Below, piece after piece: positions 35,399 through 50,138 of a stretch of 64,000 nt of DNA (position 1 is the first letter of the stretch; the number at the start of each line of letters is the position of its first letter). Origin of the DNA: Ylistrum balloti (lineage: Eukaryota); NCBI RefSeq assembly GCF_031769215.1, contig NW_026782306.1, forward strand, positions 310,001 to 374,000, written 5' to 3'. The notes under the pieces are model-generated. The model worked only from the letters and a program-made list of their open reading frames with translations, made no database searches and had not been told where the DNA came from. Both the position numbers and the translations under genes were made by a program.

Positions 35399-35761
35399 TT
35401 CTATACAATATTTCCTACACTGATATACTCCTTAGGGTAATCAAGGTTTCAAATGTTACAAGAAAATGGTTAAACAAAACGTCAGTATGTTTTAACTTTC
35501 CCGAATCAGCCTTCTGATGCGTGGCAACAAAAACCCAAACAAACAAACAACTCTGAAGGTTATAGGAGAAGTGCTCTCCCCTGCATATTCATTTCGTTAT
35601 ACCACGACAAATGTGATCAGGTTCGTTACGAGTAATCAATTGGATCTTCCTGTGAGAGAAATTGTCGTCGTTAATATTGGTTAAAATTACGTTCTATTAC
35701 GTCTCCTGACATAATAACATCTTAATCATGTGCTTCCTAACTCACCATTTAGCCTGCAAAA

Positions 35762-35865
35762 TTCAGGTCTTTGGTATCATTGACGAGCTGACGAGTCCTA
35801 GAAGGACGAGACAGCTGTATGATGTAACATCACTAACGAGTCCTAGAAGGACGAAACAGCAGTAA
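35762..35865 (+). ncRNA. Tandem pair of minimal type I hammerhead-ribozyme-like motifs, each with one core lesion
   Basis: Copy 1: CTGACGA (35788-94), GTCC tagaa GGAC, GAGAC, AGCT, GTA, TGATG. Copy 2: CATCA, CTAACGA (35833-39), GTCC tagaa GGAC, GAAAC, AGCA, GTA. Confidence 0.65.
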
Positions 35866-35894
35866 AAAAAACAGAAAAAAAAGAAAAATGAAAA

Positions 35895-35960
35895 ACACGG
35901 AGAATCCTTAACAAGTACAAGGGCAATAAGATAATATGTTCCGGAAGAGTAAGCGTCCTT
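35895..35960 (+). mobile_element. Copy of the 'gttccggaagagtaagcgtc' family
   Basis: acacggagaatccttaacaagtacaagggcaataagataatatgttccggaagagtaagcgtc, homologous to 62450-62515. Confidence 0.65.
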
Positions 35961-37029
35961 GAATATTTCTTATTAAGATCACTATAACGATACCCCCCAC
36001 CACCTCAAAATGTCAGTGAATCCATGTAAGCAATGTCACGTTTCCAAAAGAATTTGGTAAACAGTAAACCGGTCTCAACAATTTGTTGAAGTCGTGGATT
36101 TCCCAATTTTGTTGAAACAATCACTGAGATTGTAAACTATAACAGAAAAAAATCTAGGTCTTATCTCCGTGAAGAAATTAGTTGTAAATTCCCTGGGAAA
36201 GCGCGGAGGAAATGCGCACAGTGTCGTCTTAAGTACAACTTAGATATGTCACTTATAATCGACTTACCGGTATACTATAACTATAGCGCATATCAGGTGA
36301 CCCTAGCATGTTGTCAAGTATTTAGGCATCACTGATCTTAATAATATCGTTTTTCATTTCAATGCTCTAATCTGAACTTATTTAATACTTATATCACTTT
36401 CACTGTTGATGTATGGAGGCTGGGCAAGGTGAGTGATAGAGGATATTGATTTAGACATGAACATTTTAAACTGGCAGAAGAAATGTTCATTTTCTACTTC
36501 GTTTTCTTGTTCAACAAGAGAAGACCGGAGACAGATAATTAGGAAAATCGAGAAAAATCGATATTCTTTAGTCTCAGTGCCATGTAGCATCGGAATTCTG
36601 AAATCGACGTCGGATTTCTTCCTTAAATTTTGTGTTGAATAGACAATCCGAAAGTAATCACGATCTATGGACATTGCATGTTTTGCGGTGCTCGAGACTC
36701 CGAAGTAAGTGTTGTAGGGGAGATCCGATAACATTAGTATTCACTCTTAGACAATCTCTCTGGGATTGCCTGTCTTTATGGTTCTTACGAAAGGCCTGAT
36801 GGATGAGAGTGAGCCTGGCACAAAATGAACGAACTGCAAACATGTCAAGCAGTCAACTATACATTTGATTCTGCTGTTTTTGTAAACATCGTTTCATTTC
36901 CATATCTTCGTGTTCCTTGTACATTTTTGTTATTGTTTTTCTTTAATTTTCTTACTTCTTAAAGATAATTAGAACCCGCACATAAATTCTTGTGGATATG
37001 GGTTATTTTCGTTAATGATACATTATTAG

Positions 37030-37105
37030 AAAACGACGTCAAACATGATAGTGACGTCAAACCTGATAGTGACGTCAAACATGATAGTGACATCAAACAT
37101 GATAA
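37030..37105. repeat. 18-bp tandem repeat (~4 copies)
   Basis: gacgtcaaacatgatagt. Confidence 0.8.
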
Positions 37106-40100
37106 TGAAGTCAGATCTAATAGCGCGCGACCACTTCAAATTCAAACACTACCATGCCTTATTCAAATAAAATATAAACTTGGTACATTTGTATATAAAA
37201 TATACAATGTACTTATGTTTGGAGAAAGAAATTAATGATATCTTCTGATGGCAGTGGCTATGCCGCATTTTGTACCTTTGTGACCTTTATCATATCATAA
37301 TTGTGACCTTTGAAACAAGAAACTGATTTCCAGGAGGGAAGGTTGTACTTGTGATCGAGGTTCTGACGATAATGCCATTTATACACTTTTTTTTCCCAAA
37401 ATGAATCAAGATTTTGTTGATAAAGGGAGAACATGTAATTAAATTCAGTATTGGAAAATCACATTTATTGGTTACAAGCTTGTCATGATGAAAGAAAGCA
37501 GGTTTTACAGCAAATGTTCAAACTGAACTTCAGGAGAAGTAATCAATAGTTAACAACAACACAAGATGCTCCCTGAAATCCGAGTATATGACACGCGTAT
37601 CGCTGACAAACTTTCAAGACTTTTGCTTGACAACTTAGCCATTTTCCTTCCAATTTAAGTATATACTGGGGTTATGGTATAACTAAAGGCTGGATATCCT
37701 CTCACGTGAACACGTGAACAAATCTATAACAGAAGGGACGGTACGTACCTCTGAACGGAATGTAAAAAAGCAAACGTTTCACTGATGTGGCAGTTCACCA
37801 CGAGTCAACAAAAGTAGTGACGTAATGATCTCGTCTGCTCGCGTACAACAGGCTCAATACCTGAATGGCTGGAGATCAATGATTCGGAAGATAAATGGAG
37901 TTTTGGCTGATTATCACTTGTAGTGTAAGAGTGGAAGAAGGAACCGAATTCCTCGGCCGGCGCTGATAAATAGTCAGTCATTTAATGGTTGGTTGGCGTT
38001 TTCCCGGAGGAAAACCTTCAACCTTTAGACAAATTGATGAAATTGTTGACCGCTGCGGTCTGAGTGATGTCGGCTGCCGCTGTTGCTATTGATAAAACGA
38101 AACAATGACCAGTGGCTTTGTAACATTAGGTTGTACTAAATATAGCAAATAGATTCTTGTAAAACGATACATTGAATTAATTCAGCAGAGAGTTGTGGTG
38201 CAGCTGATCTCCGTGACAAAAAACACGTGACACATATATAGAATTACAAGCTTTTCAGTGATAATGTGCAATGATGTATCAGTAAAAGGCTTTAAAACAC
38301 ATTAGGAATAGATAATGCTGATAATAACTTAATTGATACAAGGGATAGTCTAACCCCTTAATGACATATACTTTCAAATATTCAGAAAATTTTTCTCAAG
38401 ATGAACGGACAATATTGTAAAATAGTCATGCAATGTTTGGGATATTAGAATAAAGGTTAAACAAATCAGCTGTTAGATATATATGTTTGCCTTTTCCCGA
38501 AAAAAGATGACAATATAAATCGAGCACCAGCAAAACCATTCCCATTCCCGCTCGTCCCCAAATAACGACCCAGAATATAGGTCCTTAAAAAGTTCAAACA
38601 CATGGTTCCGTACTAAAAAAATTGCTTGGTAGCAGAACTGTGCCTAGAACGTAATTACCCTTTCCGCGAATGAACGCGATATGTCATATCTACTGGAATA
38701 AGTGACAGGGTTTTGGCTAATTTGGTAGTTGGAGAGGTTTGTACAGTGAATTTCCCTGGGGCTCGTTTTCTCCAGACTTTTCAGGATAATACTTTGTTAC
38801 ATGCCTTATATGAACACCAATTAGAACTAACGTAGTTCGTGAGAGAAAATGGATGCGTATTAGGTGAACAGAGTAATCTCATAATGAATGTTCAGACACG
38901 GAACATCAGAGAACAACATTATCAAAAAATATCACCTCGTGACGTACTATAAGATATTGACATTTTCTAAATCTGCTAACAACTTTCTTACAGGGTGTGA
39001 TTTCTTTCGGTAACTTTTAGAACCAATTATCCGGCTATGTCTCCCAAACTCCTACCCTGTGTTCATCCCAAACCAACTAATTACAATCCCCAGTAGTGAC
39101 GAAATAGCTTTTACTATACACCCAGCCGTAACGGCTGCCATTTTTACACTAGTTTCTGGGGTGTAGTAATTTCTGAAACAGTTTTAGATATCAGATCCGG
39201 TGTTACATAACTCTCTCATTAAGAAGCTCATAATAGATCTTGTGATAATTTTCTTTCATTTTTCTCTCTTGTTTTACGTGTTTTTATTATTTTGTGAGTG
39301 TGTGTGTGTTTTTTTTGTTTTGTTTACTTTTTTCTGTGACCAGCAAACATTTAAAGGAGCCAGTCTAACCAATAGTGTTGTTTCACACAAAGTGAATGTG
39401 TATGGCCACAAACAAAACAACATAACACGCCTCTATAAAATCTACCTTACCGTGTCCATAAGTAAGCCGAAATTCCTCATACGTCATGCAAAAAAAAAAA
39501 TTAGAGCTCAAAATCACACTTTTATATGAAATATGAAATTAAAATTTTTACAACCCTCTTTTCTCCGCTTAAATTAGGAGTCTTCGAAAGCGCTGAAAAA
39601 ATAAAACCATTTATAATCAATATTGAATTGAAAAGGCCGATGTCATACCTTGAAGTGTGTGAATTTTTTTTAGAATTTTGTTCTTTTATAATTATTTTTC
39701 CGTTCTATATATTGTTTTATTTATAGTCACGGAGGAGACTTCAAACAGAGTGCTCCTTATCACGTTGATTTATGATACAACAGAGAGTAAGGACAACTAG
39801 ACCTGGTTGTTCATCTGCTTTATAGTGAAGATAAAACATACATATCGATTGACCAGTCAGAAAACTGATTAAAACGTTAATTTATTCCAAAGAGTGTCGA
39901 TAATTTTCCGTTTGAAATTTTGTTGTCTGTCCTCTTCAGAGAATATTGAGGCACGAGGGCTTCAAATAACGTACCTTTATAAGATATTCACACTTCACTT
40001 CACTTCATGAGATCATGCAAGAAAGATAATGAAAGTAGGAACGTAATGATTGTTGTAACAACCGTTTACTGTTATAATTCTATTAGAACAAATTGTGACC

Positions 40101-43100
40101 TATTGACCTTTGACGAATTAACCTCTATTTCGACCACCTCGTATCTTGATATCCAATCATCGTTTGTCTTTTTAAGTGGCTCTATCGATTCATCGTCACC
40201 GTCAAACCGTCCCTTTTTATGAAGTAGCCGTTAAGTCCCTTTCAAGCTTACAAAATAACATTTTTTATCAAAATAGCCCCTTTTCTGTTCTTTGTTTATT
40301 TGTATGCCTGTTTTTTTTTTTTTTTTTTCTTCTTCTTCTTCTTTCTTTCAATTTTTGTTTTTATTTTCATCATCACAATACAGAAATAAATGCCACAGAC
40401 ATGTTAAATGAGTAGATGTCCTTTCCTTCATTTGGAAAGCTGATACTTATTTTCTCGTTTGATATCGCGACATTTATATGCAACACAAACAATACATGTA
40501 AGCCCTGGTCGTATTAATGGACATGATCTCGTGTCTTTAATCATCTGATATTCAATACTCCTATTTCATACTTGGCATTTTCAGACATCATAATATGAAG
40601 GGGATATGCATTTTACGTAGGTTACAGCTGGCAGTTATATCCAGCGATTTATGACATTTTGTTCATCACGTGCCAGCATTAAAAATGAATCCATGGTCGG
40701 AGGACTGCTAGATGATATTATCAGTTTTAATAGGCTCCATGACTTCGTGCTCTAAAGCCTGTCTCGATTGACAAGAATTCGTCATCTTTTCTAGAGAAAT
40801 ATCGTCAATTCCCTTTTGTAAAAACTAATTCTTAATAGTAGTTTTAACTCTGTGACCACACTGTACTACTGATCTGATGTACAATACATCTGTTAGGGAT
40901 TTTATAGCTAGCGATATCTCGCGATTTTTTCCGTGTTTCTCTATACCCGACCTTTGATACTGTATTACTTATGAAACCTTTCAGTCATAGGGTTTTACCA
41001 ATCAGAATGACATATTTTCATTCCTTACTGAAGAGTGATGAGAATTCTGTTAAAAATCCAATGTAATAATTCATTCTTTCCAAAGCAATGTTATTACATT
41101 AAAGAACGACAACTCTGCGCGGGCGTCAGTCCTCGTGTTTAGGATTGTTCTGAACGGTATTCAGAAATTGCTTTCTGATCTGTTCAATATTGATTAGAGA
41201 GAAAAAAGACACATGAAAGCAATAATTCAGAGAAAATGGCATCATGTTTCTTTTTTTCTTTAGATTAATGAGAAACTGTATTAAAATGTTAGTACTTGCG
41301 CTCTTTGTTCCCTTCCTGATCCGGTCAAATTATATCAATTTCCTTGCACTTCGGCTTTCATCACATCGGCAACGTACCGTACTTAGCCGTAACAGGAAGT
41401 GACATTAATTGGAGAAGACAGATAATTATTTAATACCAAATTATAAGTTACACCAGGAAAGTCAAGTGACAAAAGCATTAGTCGTCCACACAGACGTCAT
41501 CTCCTGGTTCGATGCACGAGAAAAGTGTAATGACATTTTCAAAGGTGTAATCATTTTCTGTTGGCTATTTAAGCCTCTTCTCAGCTTGTTACAAGAAAAA
41601 AATGCCTCATCCGGAATGGTCCACCTAAAACCCTATGATTGGTGTATTTAGAGTACGCATAATGATACCCTAACATTGCCGCAAATATATTCAAATCTAA
41701 CTTGGCTATAAATCGACTGCCTTATTACCGTCATCGTGTCATTGTCGTCGTCGTCGCCGACGCCGTCGCCGCACCCGCCTTCGCCATGCCAATCTTTTTC
41801 GCTTTTCTTCCTTTTTTCTGAAAATTATTATTTTTAATGGTTTCTCACCAGGTCTCTTTTCTAGTATTTCTAAATTATATATCTTTTGAAATATAACTGC
41901 ATTTCTTTAATAGAACAATGTATTTTTCTCATAAGTCTGGCTATTACATACACGTCATTTTCTGTTGTACCACTTGCATTCGTTTTAAAGCGGCTACGTG
42001 CTCGTTTCACTGATAAATGCTGACCTGTCACTTTTAACGAACAACAGTATTGTGAATTAACTCCACGAAATAATTAATCACGGCCACGTGCACACGTTCT
42101 GTCCACTAACTCGAACCTTATTGGATCCCACTGTAGTAAGGGCCGACTTAATGAAATCTTCCTGGAAAATAAACAGACGAAATCAATAGAATGCTTTCAA
42201 AAGTAGGACTTTCTTGATGCATTCTATGTCCACCGCGCCTGTACTGCCGGACAGTCAGGCACCATGTACATAAATATATAGCATTGGTATCTCGAGTTAA
42301 AAGAACGAGATTTCGCGAGAGAAGAAATGTTCTAATCACTATTGAAAAAAATATATTTATATATCTAATGGTGTTTTTATTGTTTTGAAGCTTTGCTACA
42401 AATGTATAAGCCATGCAGGATTTTTTTGTCTGCTGTCTGAGGCGACTATGTTTGGGTTAAGATCTGTTCCCTTTTTCAAACCCACATCTTGTGATAATTT
42501 CACTGTTTCACTTTTGGCCTTTTTTGGGAGTTTTCTCCTATGTAGAAGGCGGCTTTGGGTTCTGTCCCTCGTGCCGTGACAAACCAAAGTGTCTTTATCT
42601 AACGAAGTTACTACTCTCTGCTTTACGCCTACCAGGTATTGTTGTAGTAAAAACAATATGACCGGGTGGGGTGCTGGGAGTCTTCGGTAGTCCACTTCAG
42701 TAGGGTAGCACTATAAAGTCGGATTTAGTTTCGCACTATCATAACAAGTCTAACATGAACACATTGCAGCCTCCCACAAATACACGCTCTCAAACACATG
42801 CACTCCCCATGTATACATAAGCGTCCTTCAATGAGTAGAGATATCTACAGGATGTTCAGTAATATATAACTAAGATTAACCTGGTATGTTATGAAAAGTT
42901 AAGAAATTTCAACAGCTTAATCATGGCTTTCATCGTGATTTACACACAAGACAGAAGGTGTCAAACTTGTTATTGATGTAATTTGATTTCATTCCATATT
43001 TTTTATTACATGACAAAACACTCCAAGTACAAATTAATTGGATCCGGAAACAAGGCATGTGTTTCTAATATAAATGCGTACAGAATACTTACATACAAAC

Positions 43101-46100
43101 TATTTATATATATTGTATGATTGATTTATAAACATCGCGCAAACTGATGTAACTACTGCCAATAAAAAATATGCAAAAAGATGACGAAGTGTTATTTAAA
43201 TATTTGACACGTTTACAGCAAAACCATTGAATATCGCCCGAATGTTTCCATATGACGATGTCATTTATTAACAAAATTTTCCATATAAAGTCATTAGCAT
43301 CACCCTTTGGGCTTTAAAAGATGATATTGAAAGCGATCGGGCATATCTATAACTAAAAATGAATGACACTCGGAAAATCTAATGTTTCTCTATTTTATGG
43401 TTAGTTAGACTTAACAGTAAGTGAGATCGATCATGTTTAACATCTATAGCCGTGTCAGTCCAAGCTATTGAGACTGCATGCAGATTTCCTGTAGGCGCCT
43501 GGAGGAATTTTCTTAGTGATATTCGCTGCAATCAACCAATCAACTTCATTTATCTCAAAAAATGCGAGACAAGTCGCCATCTTATCATGCGTAAAATCCA
43601 CAATGAACGGCGTGACAATAAATCCGGAACAATAAACTGGAGATGGGCTGGAGATAATTATATTGATACAAAATCGACCGTTGCGGAATACTAGATCACC
43701 GTAACAACTTTCTGGGTTAATTTGAATTTCAATAAATAACATGATCCTTTATAATAACGATGTGCTTACAACATATGCTTACATAACGACCTAATCAGAT
43801 TTTTACAAGCATATCTCAGGATTTTTAAAAAGGTAAAAAAAAAATTAACGTAAGGAAATTCGTTAACTGACTGAAAAGTATTGACTGAAACAACTGCAAA
43901 AAGAGTCTTCACCCTTGAAGTTCATGATAATGATAAGTTTCAGTTTTCTTTCGTGTTACCAAAAGAGTTTGTTGATAGGTAAACAGCGCTACCTGTTTCG
44001 GTGCTCATGAAGACACATACGATTTTGGTAGTGAAATGAATGACTTCATATCAAAGTATTTTTACCAATATTAGATTACTTTATATCTGGGTTTGTCAGT
44101 TATCAATGATTAATGAGAAAACACATTAGTACTGTTCTAAACACTTTCAGCGAGTGTCTTTTAAACTCGATACGTGCTTGACGGAAATATTTGTAGAATT
44201 TGTGTTGAAGGACAATCGCATGAATATTAATTAATCAATTCAAACGATCTCCGTTTAAAATATATACCTGTTTGTATCTGTTAGTTTTAAATAAAAAAAA
44301 CCTTTTACCATTACTTGAGGTATGTGTACATCAACAATGAAGTAATGTCGACAGAAAAAGCACTTCAATCATCCCTGTCACTTAGGTGATTGTTTCAAAG
44401 CTATTCACAATGCTTTTTTCAGATTGCTTTTCAAGCGTCATATTGACAAATATAATAACGACGCCATAACGAAATTGCGTAACTTCTCCAGAGTGCGTAT
44501 AGAGTAAACATGTTTTCTGAAGATGGCTTCAAGGATCGAATTTCTGTCCGAATTAATTTTAAACCGTTTACAAAATACACCAAATTGAAAGAAAAGCGTG
44601 TAATAGTGTTACTTTCCATGACCATGAATCACTTTTTCAGATTTTTTTCCCTATTTGTAGATTTAAAACTAGTTTGAATCCTGAAAGGATCTTTTCGTCC
44701 ACTTTTTACTTAACACCTTTGAAAACATGCAGGGTAATGTGAACACTATGTTATTGATAGTTTTTTTTTCTGAAATAGATTTACGGTTAAATGAAACATA
44801 CCGTGACATTGTTTTCAATAAAATTGAATCGCTTGATTCTCTGACAACCACATAAAAGTGTCAAATGATCAAAATGTGATACAGAGTTTTGTTTATCGTG
44901 TTCCAGTTCGAGATCCCAGTAGGGACGGGCAGACGATCATGCGATAAAACATAACGACAGCGCGTGAACATCACACGGATTTGTGTAAGTGACTTTAGGG
45001 CAGGAATGTGAACGATACGATGAGATACACTTGTATTATTGTAGGGATAAGTCTTTGATCTTACATGCGGAACACATTACGTTTCATGTAGCAGGGCATT
45101 GCAGCAGTGCATTATGGGTTAAATTTAGAGTGTCAGACGACAGGGCTGCGTGTTGATGCATTGTGGGTGATTTTAATGGTGCACTTCCTTGCTTCGTCAG
45201 CGTATTGCTGCAATCGCTTCCTCCCGAGGATGTTTTTGTGCATATCCCCTAATGAGCAGAATTCTCCGGTAAATCACATGACCAATGATCAAATCTTTGC
45301 TTAAGTTATCACATCTATCGCATTCAGTTCGGAGCCGATGTGTTCTCTGAGATGACGTGTTGAGAATTGACGTGTACACACATACCTATGACGCCGAAAC
45401 TTCTGACGCGTGCACATGTATCATTTTAGAGTCACAAAATGTGAATATAGTGTACTTATGTATGACATCACACAGATGACGTTTATATATATTTCACACT
45501 CAGAAATGACGCCCAAACACAGGTGTATGATGTCACACAGATGACATTCAAATACATTTCATACTCGGAAATGACGTTCCAACACAGGTGTATGACGTCA
45601 CGTAAATGCCGTTTACGCATGCAGTAGCACTTTACAGCAGAGCTATACACACGTTCCGTTTAGAGGTGAAATGAGAACAGACAATCAAAGTTTTATCAGA
45701 AAGTGTGGATACAAAAAGTAATAGTATCTGCATATTTGAGATGTTACAATCAATTATGTTATTGCTTGGCTGATGATTAAACGTTCCCGAATCATCAGCC
45801 AGCATGTGTAAACGATCTGTCATCTTTTTGTCTCTAACAGCTATCGTGGTAGCATTACTGCAAATATCACTGAAAATAACAACACTATAATATGCTGTTT
45901 ATTTCTATATAATCAAGCCAACGCAGTGGGGATAGGGGTATGTTGAGGAATGGAGTATAATATCAATAGATTTGTCTAGTCCCGACGTTCTCGTCTGTAT
46001 TTATGACATAACTATCACTCGGTTGCTGAATGTCAACTGCCAGCTCCGCCTGATGCTGTTCTGCCTCTAGGCAGTTATTGAACGGTATTGATATCTTGTC

Positions 46101-48469
46101 AGTAATTTACTTCTTCGTGTATTAATTCATATGAAATTTAAAAACATCATGATTAAATTATGGTGTGCTTTATCTCTATAAAGTTGATTATTGTAATCCA
46201 CGAGGCTGTGGGACGGTAGACATACGTCAGTATCAGAGAGATACATGTTAGTATAGTCACAATGTCACTTTAATTCGGAATCAGTTCTCTTTTCATCAAG
46301 TTCACATCAATAGGTATTTTTTGTTTACAGATTTACGTTCTGATGTATTAAGCTATTGAAGAAAGGTGTGAGCCGCGATCTGAACAAAAACTGAAAATAT
46401 CGCGATTATCTCCCTTGTTTCTATTTTTGTTTACTTTATATCAGTGGTGAAATACATTGTCAGCCTATATGAATCCCTCATTAAGTGAGGGACTTCCCCA
46501 TTCCTGCATACAACACGATCATCATAGGTATCATATGGTGTCTCACAAACACACACACATGTTGATTATATTGAAGTTTGTATCATAAATCCACATGCCA
46601 CTTATTTTTCTTGATAGATCATTAATACCTACATGTAATACAATTTATGAATCCAAACAAAATCGCTGAATTCAAACGTAAAGACATTGTAGTGTTTGGA
46701 CGGTTGTGTTAATGGCATATTCCACGGAATATAATCACATCATCAGATATGGCAGATTCACAAAAAGCGACTTGGTTGGCGACAATCGTAAAGCTGAGAG
46801 GCTTAAACAATACCTCCATATCTTATCCTGATCTTCTGTGTCGGAATTCAATTTTCTCATTCCATTTCATAGAATAGCTCACCCTAATGAGTTTTCTGTT
46901 TGGTGCTTTCTAATCATCGTTTCGTTGCTGAGATTTTGGCTATGTTGGTGACAAGTTAATTCAAAGAAATGACTTTGCTGTTGTCATCAACATTCTTGAA
47001 CAAATCTTGAATGAAGAATAATACAAATGGGAAGCGACAGGAAGGAATATCGAAGGCTGTTTTGTACGCGGGTCACAAACAAGTTATTGGACTAGCTGTT
47101 GTAAATGGCGAATTTGTCTTGACAGTTACATTGTGTTACTGGAGCCGAACCATCATTCGGAATACCTCGAACCAAGATAAATGATCTCAGTCCGTCAGCT
47201 ATTTCCTACCTATAAGAGACAGGTGACAGAGAACACCGGTAGATATATACACTGTAATATTTACACCACAAAGAAATCTACTTCTGACTCCGTACACAAA
47301 TGCCTCTAATTTCAGTAATTCTGTTCTGTTATTTAATTTTCACAAAATGCATTTGTATATATATATATGTTTTTTTTTTTTTTTTGCTTATTTTTTTTTT
47401 AAACGAGGAAACGAACTTCAATAAAAAATTGCACCTTTAAAGACAATCCATCGTCATTTGGAATGTACCACCATACTACAAAATATCAGTAAGGAAACAA
47501 CCTGTGTGGACCACTCGGGAAAGCCCAAACTCATCAGCAGATCAGCAGTACTTATCAGCAGTACTCATCAGCATCAGCATCAGCAATACTCATCAGCAGT
47601 ACTCATTAGCAGTCGTGAAATCTGTTCTATATCCGTTGTTTGTATCTCCGGGAAACTTACATCCAACTGTTTGTCTAGTCGTATCAGAAATTTCCAGTGA
47701 ATATGTCATTTTCTGATTTAGCTTACGTCACAGAATCCTTTGTAACCAAAAACAGAAAACGGCAAAGTCAATATTACAAAGTGTATATTGTTAAGTTTGA
47801 TTTATTTAATCAATTTAATTTAATTAGATAACATTTTAAAGATATCAAAATAGATTAAACCATAAAGTAGTGACGCACTGTTTTAAAGAGACCTGTTGAC
47901 AATTTGTTAGGTCAACCACGTGCACCGAACGTGACGGCATCGTTTCCGGGAAATCTCATGGTAAATATCGAAGGATGTTGAGGCGTTCCTCCAGCCTCGT
48001 CTTTTATGCAACGACTTACATAATATGACAGACAGTTATGTAATTAGTTAATGTGATGAAGCAGTATAATATACACCAGGCTAATTAAATAATGACGTAT
48101 TTTTTAATGTTTTTCTCTGTATCCTTTGCGAGATCAGGACCAACCAAACTACAGCAGTTTAATAGATAGTTGAAGGCAGCGATAATACTAGCACAAACCG
48201 GAATTCGGGTCCGTAACTTCTAAACTCCGGACAGGAATTATTTCCCTCGATTTTTTGTTTACTTAATGCCATTGGAGATTCGATTAGGTTGTAGGGAATA
48301 AATGATGTTATTATCTCCTGTTTTCCAATAATTTTTGCTGATGCTGATAAATTCACAATGGCAGGAACATTTCAGAATGGCGTCCTAAAATACTAGAAAG
48401 GATGTAATTTAATGAGTTGCCACCAACAATTTTCAATAGAAATACTTAACAAAATTATTTAAATCTTGC

Positions 48470-50138
48470 TAACCGATTGAAAAATCACATTTTACCGACC
48501 TATTGAAATCTTTCGGAAGTATTTAAGTCTTACTAGCCAATCAAAATCTAACATTTCACTAACCTATTAAAATTTTACTTACCCATTAAAATCTAACTAA
48601 TCCATCAAAATCTAACTAATCCATTAAAATCTAACGAATCCATTAAAATCTAACGAATCCATTAAAATCTAACTAATCCATCTAACTAATCCATGAAAAT
48701 CTAACGAATCCATTAAAATCTTACTAACTTATCAAAATCTTACCAGCCTATCAAAATCTTATCACCCTATCAAAATCTTACCAGCCTATCAAAATCTTAC
48801 CAGCCTATCAAAATCTTATTAGCCTATCAAAATCTTACTAGCCTATTAAAATCTTACCAGCCTATCAAAATCTTATAAGCCTATCAAAATCTTATAAGCT
48901 TATCAAAATCTTACTAGCCTATTAAAATCTTACTAGCCTATCAAAATCTTATAAGCCTATCAAAATCTTATAAGCCTATCAAAATCTAACTAACCCATAA
49001 AAAGCTAATATCAAAATCTAACTAATCCATTAAAATCTAACTAATCCTATTAAAATCTTATCCTAATCCTCAAAATCAAAATCTTATAAGCCTATCAAAA
49101 TCTTATAAGCTTATCAAAATCTTACTATCCTTTCAAAATCTTACTAGCCTATTAAAATCTTACCAGCCTATCAAAATCTTACCAGCCTATCAAAATCTTA
49201 TAAGCCTATCAAAATCTTATAAGCCTATCAAAATCTTACTATCCTATCAAAATCTTATAAGCCTATCAAAATCTTATAAGCTTATCAAAATCTTACTATC
49301 CTTTCAAAATCTTATAAGCCTATCAAAATCTTATAAGCCTATCAAAATCTTATAAGCCTATCAAAATCTTACTAGCCTATCAAAATCTTACTAGCCTATC
49401 AAAATCTTACCTATCTATTAAAATCTTACTAGCCTATTAAAATCTTACCAGCCTATCAAAATCTTATAAGCCTATCAAAATCTTACTATCCTTTCAAAAT
49501 CTTACTAGCCTATCAAAATCTTACTAACCTATCAAATTCTCACTAACCTTTCAAATTCTTACTAACCTATCATATTCTCACTAACCTTTCAAATTCTCAC
49601 TAACCTATCATATTCTCACTAACCTATCAAATTCTTACTAACCTATCATATTCTCACTAACCTTTCAAATTCTCACTAACCTATCAAATTCTCACTAACC
49701 TACCATATTCTCACTAACCTACTACAATCTCACTAACCTATAAATTCTCACTAACCTATCAAATTCTCACTAACCTATCATATTCTCACTAACCTTTCAA
49801 ATTCTTACTAACCTTTCATATTCTCACTAACCTATCATATTCTCACTAACCTTTCAAATTCTCACTAACCTATCAAATTCTTACTAACCTATCAAATTCT
49901 CACTAACCTTTCAAATTCTCACTAACCTACCAAATTCTCACTAACCTATCATATTCTCACTAACCTATCAAATTCTCACTAACCTATCAAATTCTCACTA
50001 ACCTTTCAAATTCTCACTAACCTATCATATTCTCACTAACCTACCATATTCTCACTAACCTATAAATTCTCACTAACCTATTGAATTCTCACTAACTTAT
50101 TAGAATATATCATACCTACTAAAATCTCACTAACCTAC
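48470..50138. repeat. 19-bp minisatellite (~85 copies) with three sequence domains
   Basis: aaaatctaactaatccatt, then aaaatctta(cc/ta/ct)agcctatc, then aaattctcactaacctatc. Confidence 0.93.

Noticed and set aside
41470-41540. SWFDAREKC resembling a C-type lectin motif
   Set aside because: No further CTLD cysteines or WIGL motif, and no splice sites; probably chance.
42396-42695. 99-aa minus-strand ORF as a possible PDE11 N-terminal exon
   Set aside because: No PDE11 similarity and no donor site in a usable phase before the stop.
43455-43742. Opposing 95-aa and 80-aa ORFs
   Set aside because: No recognisable domain or splice signals; lengths are within chance range.
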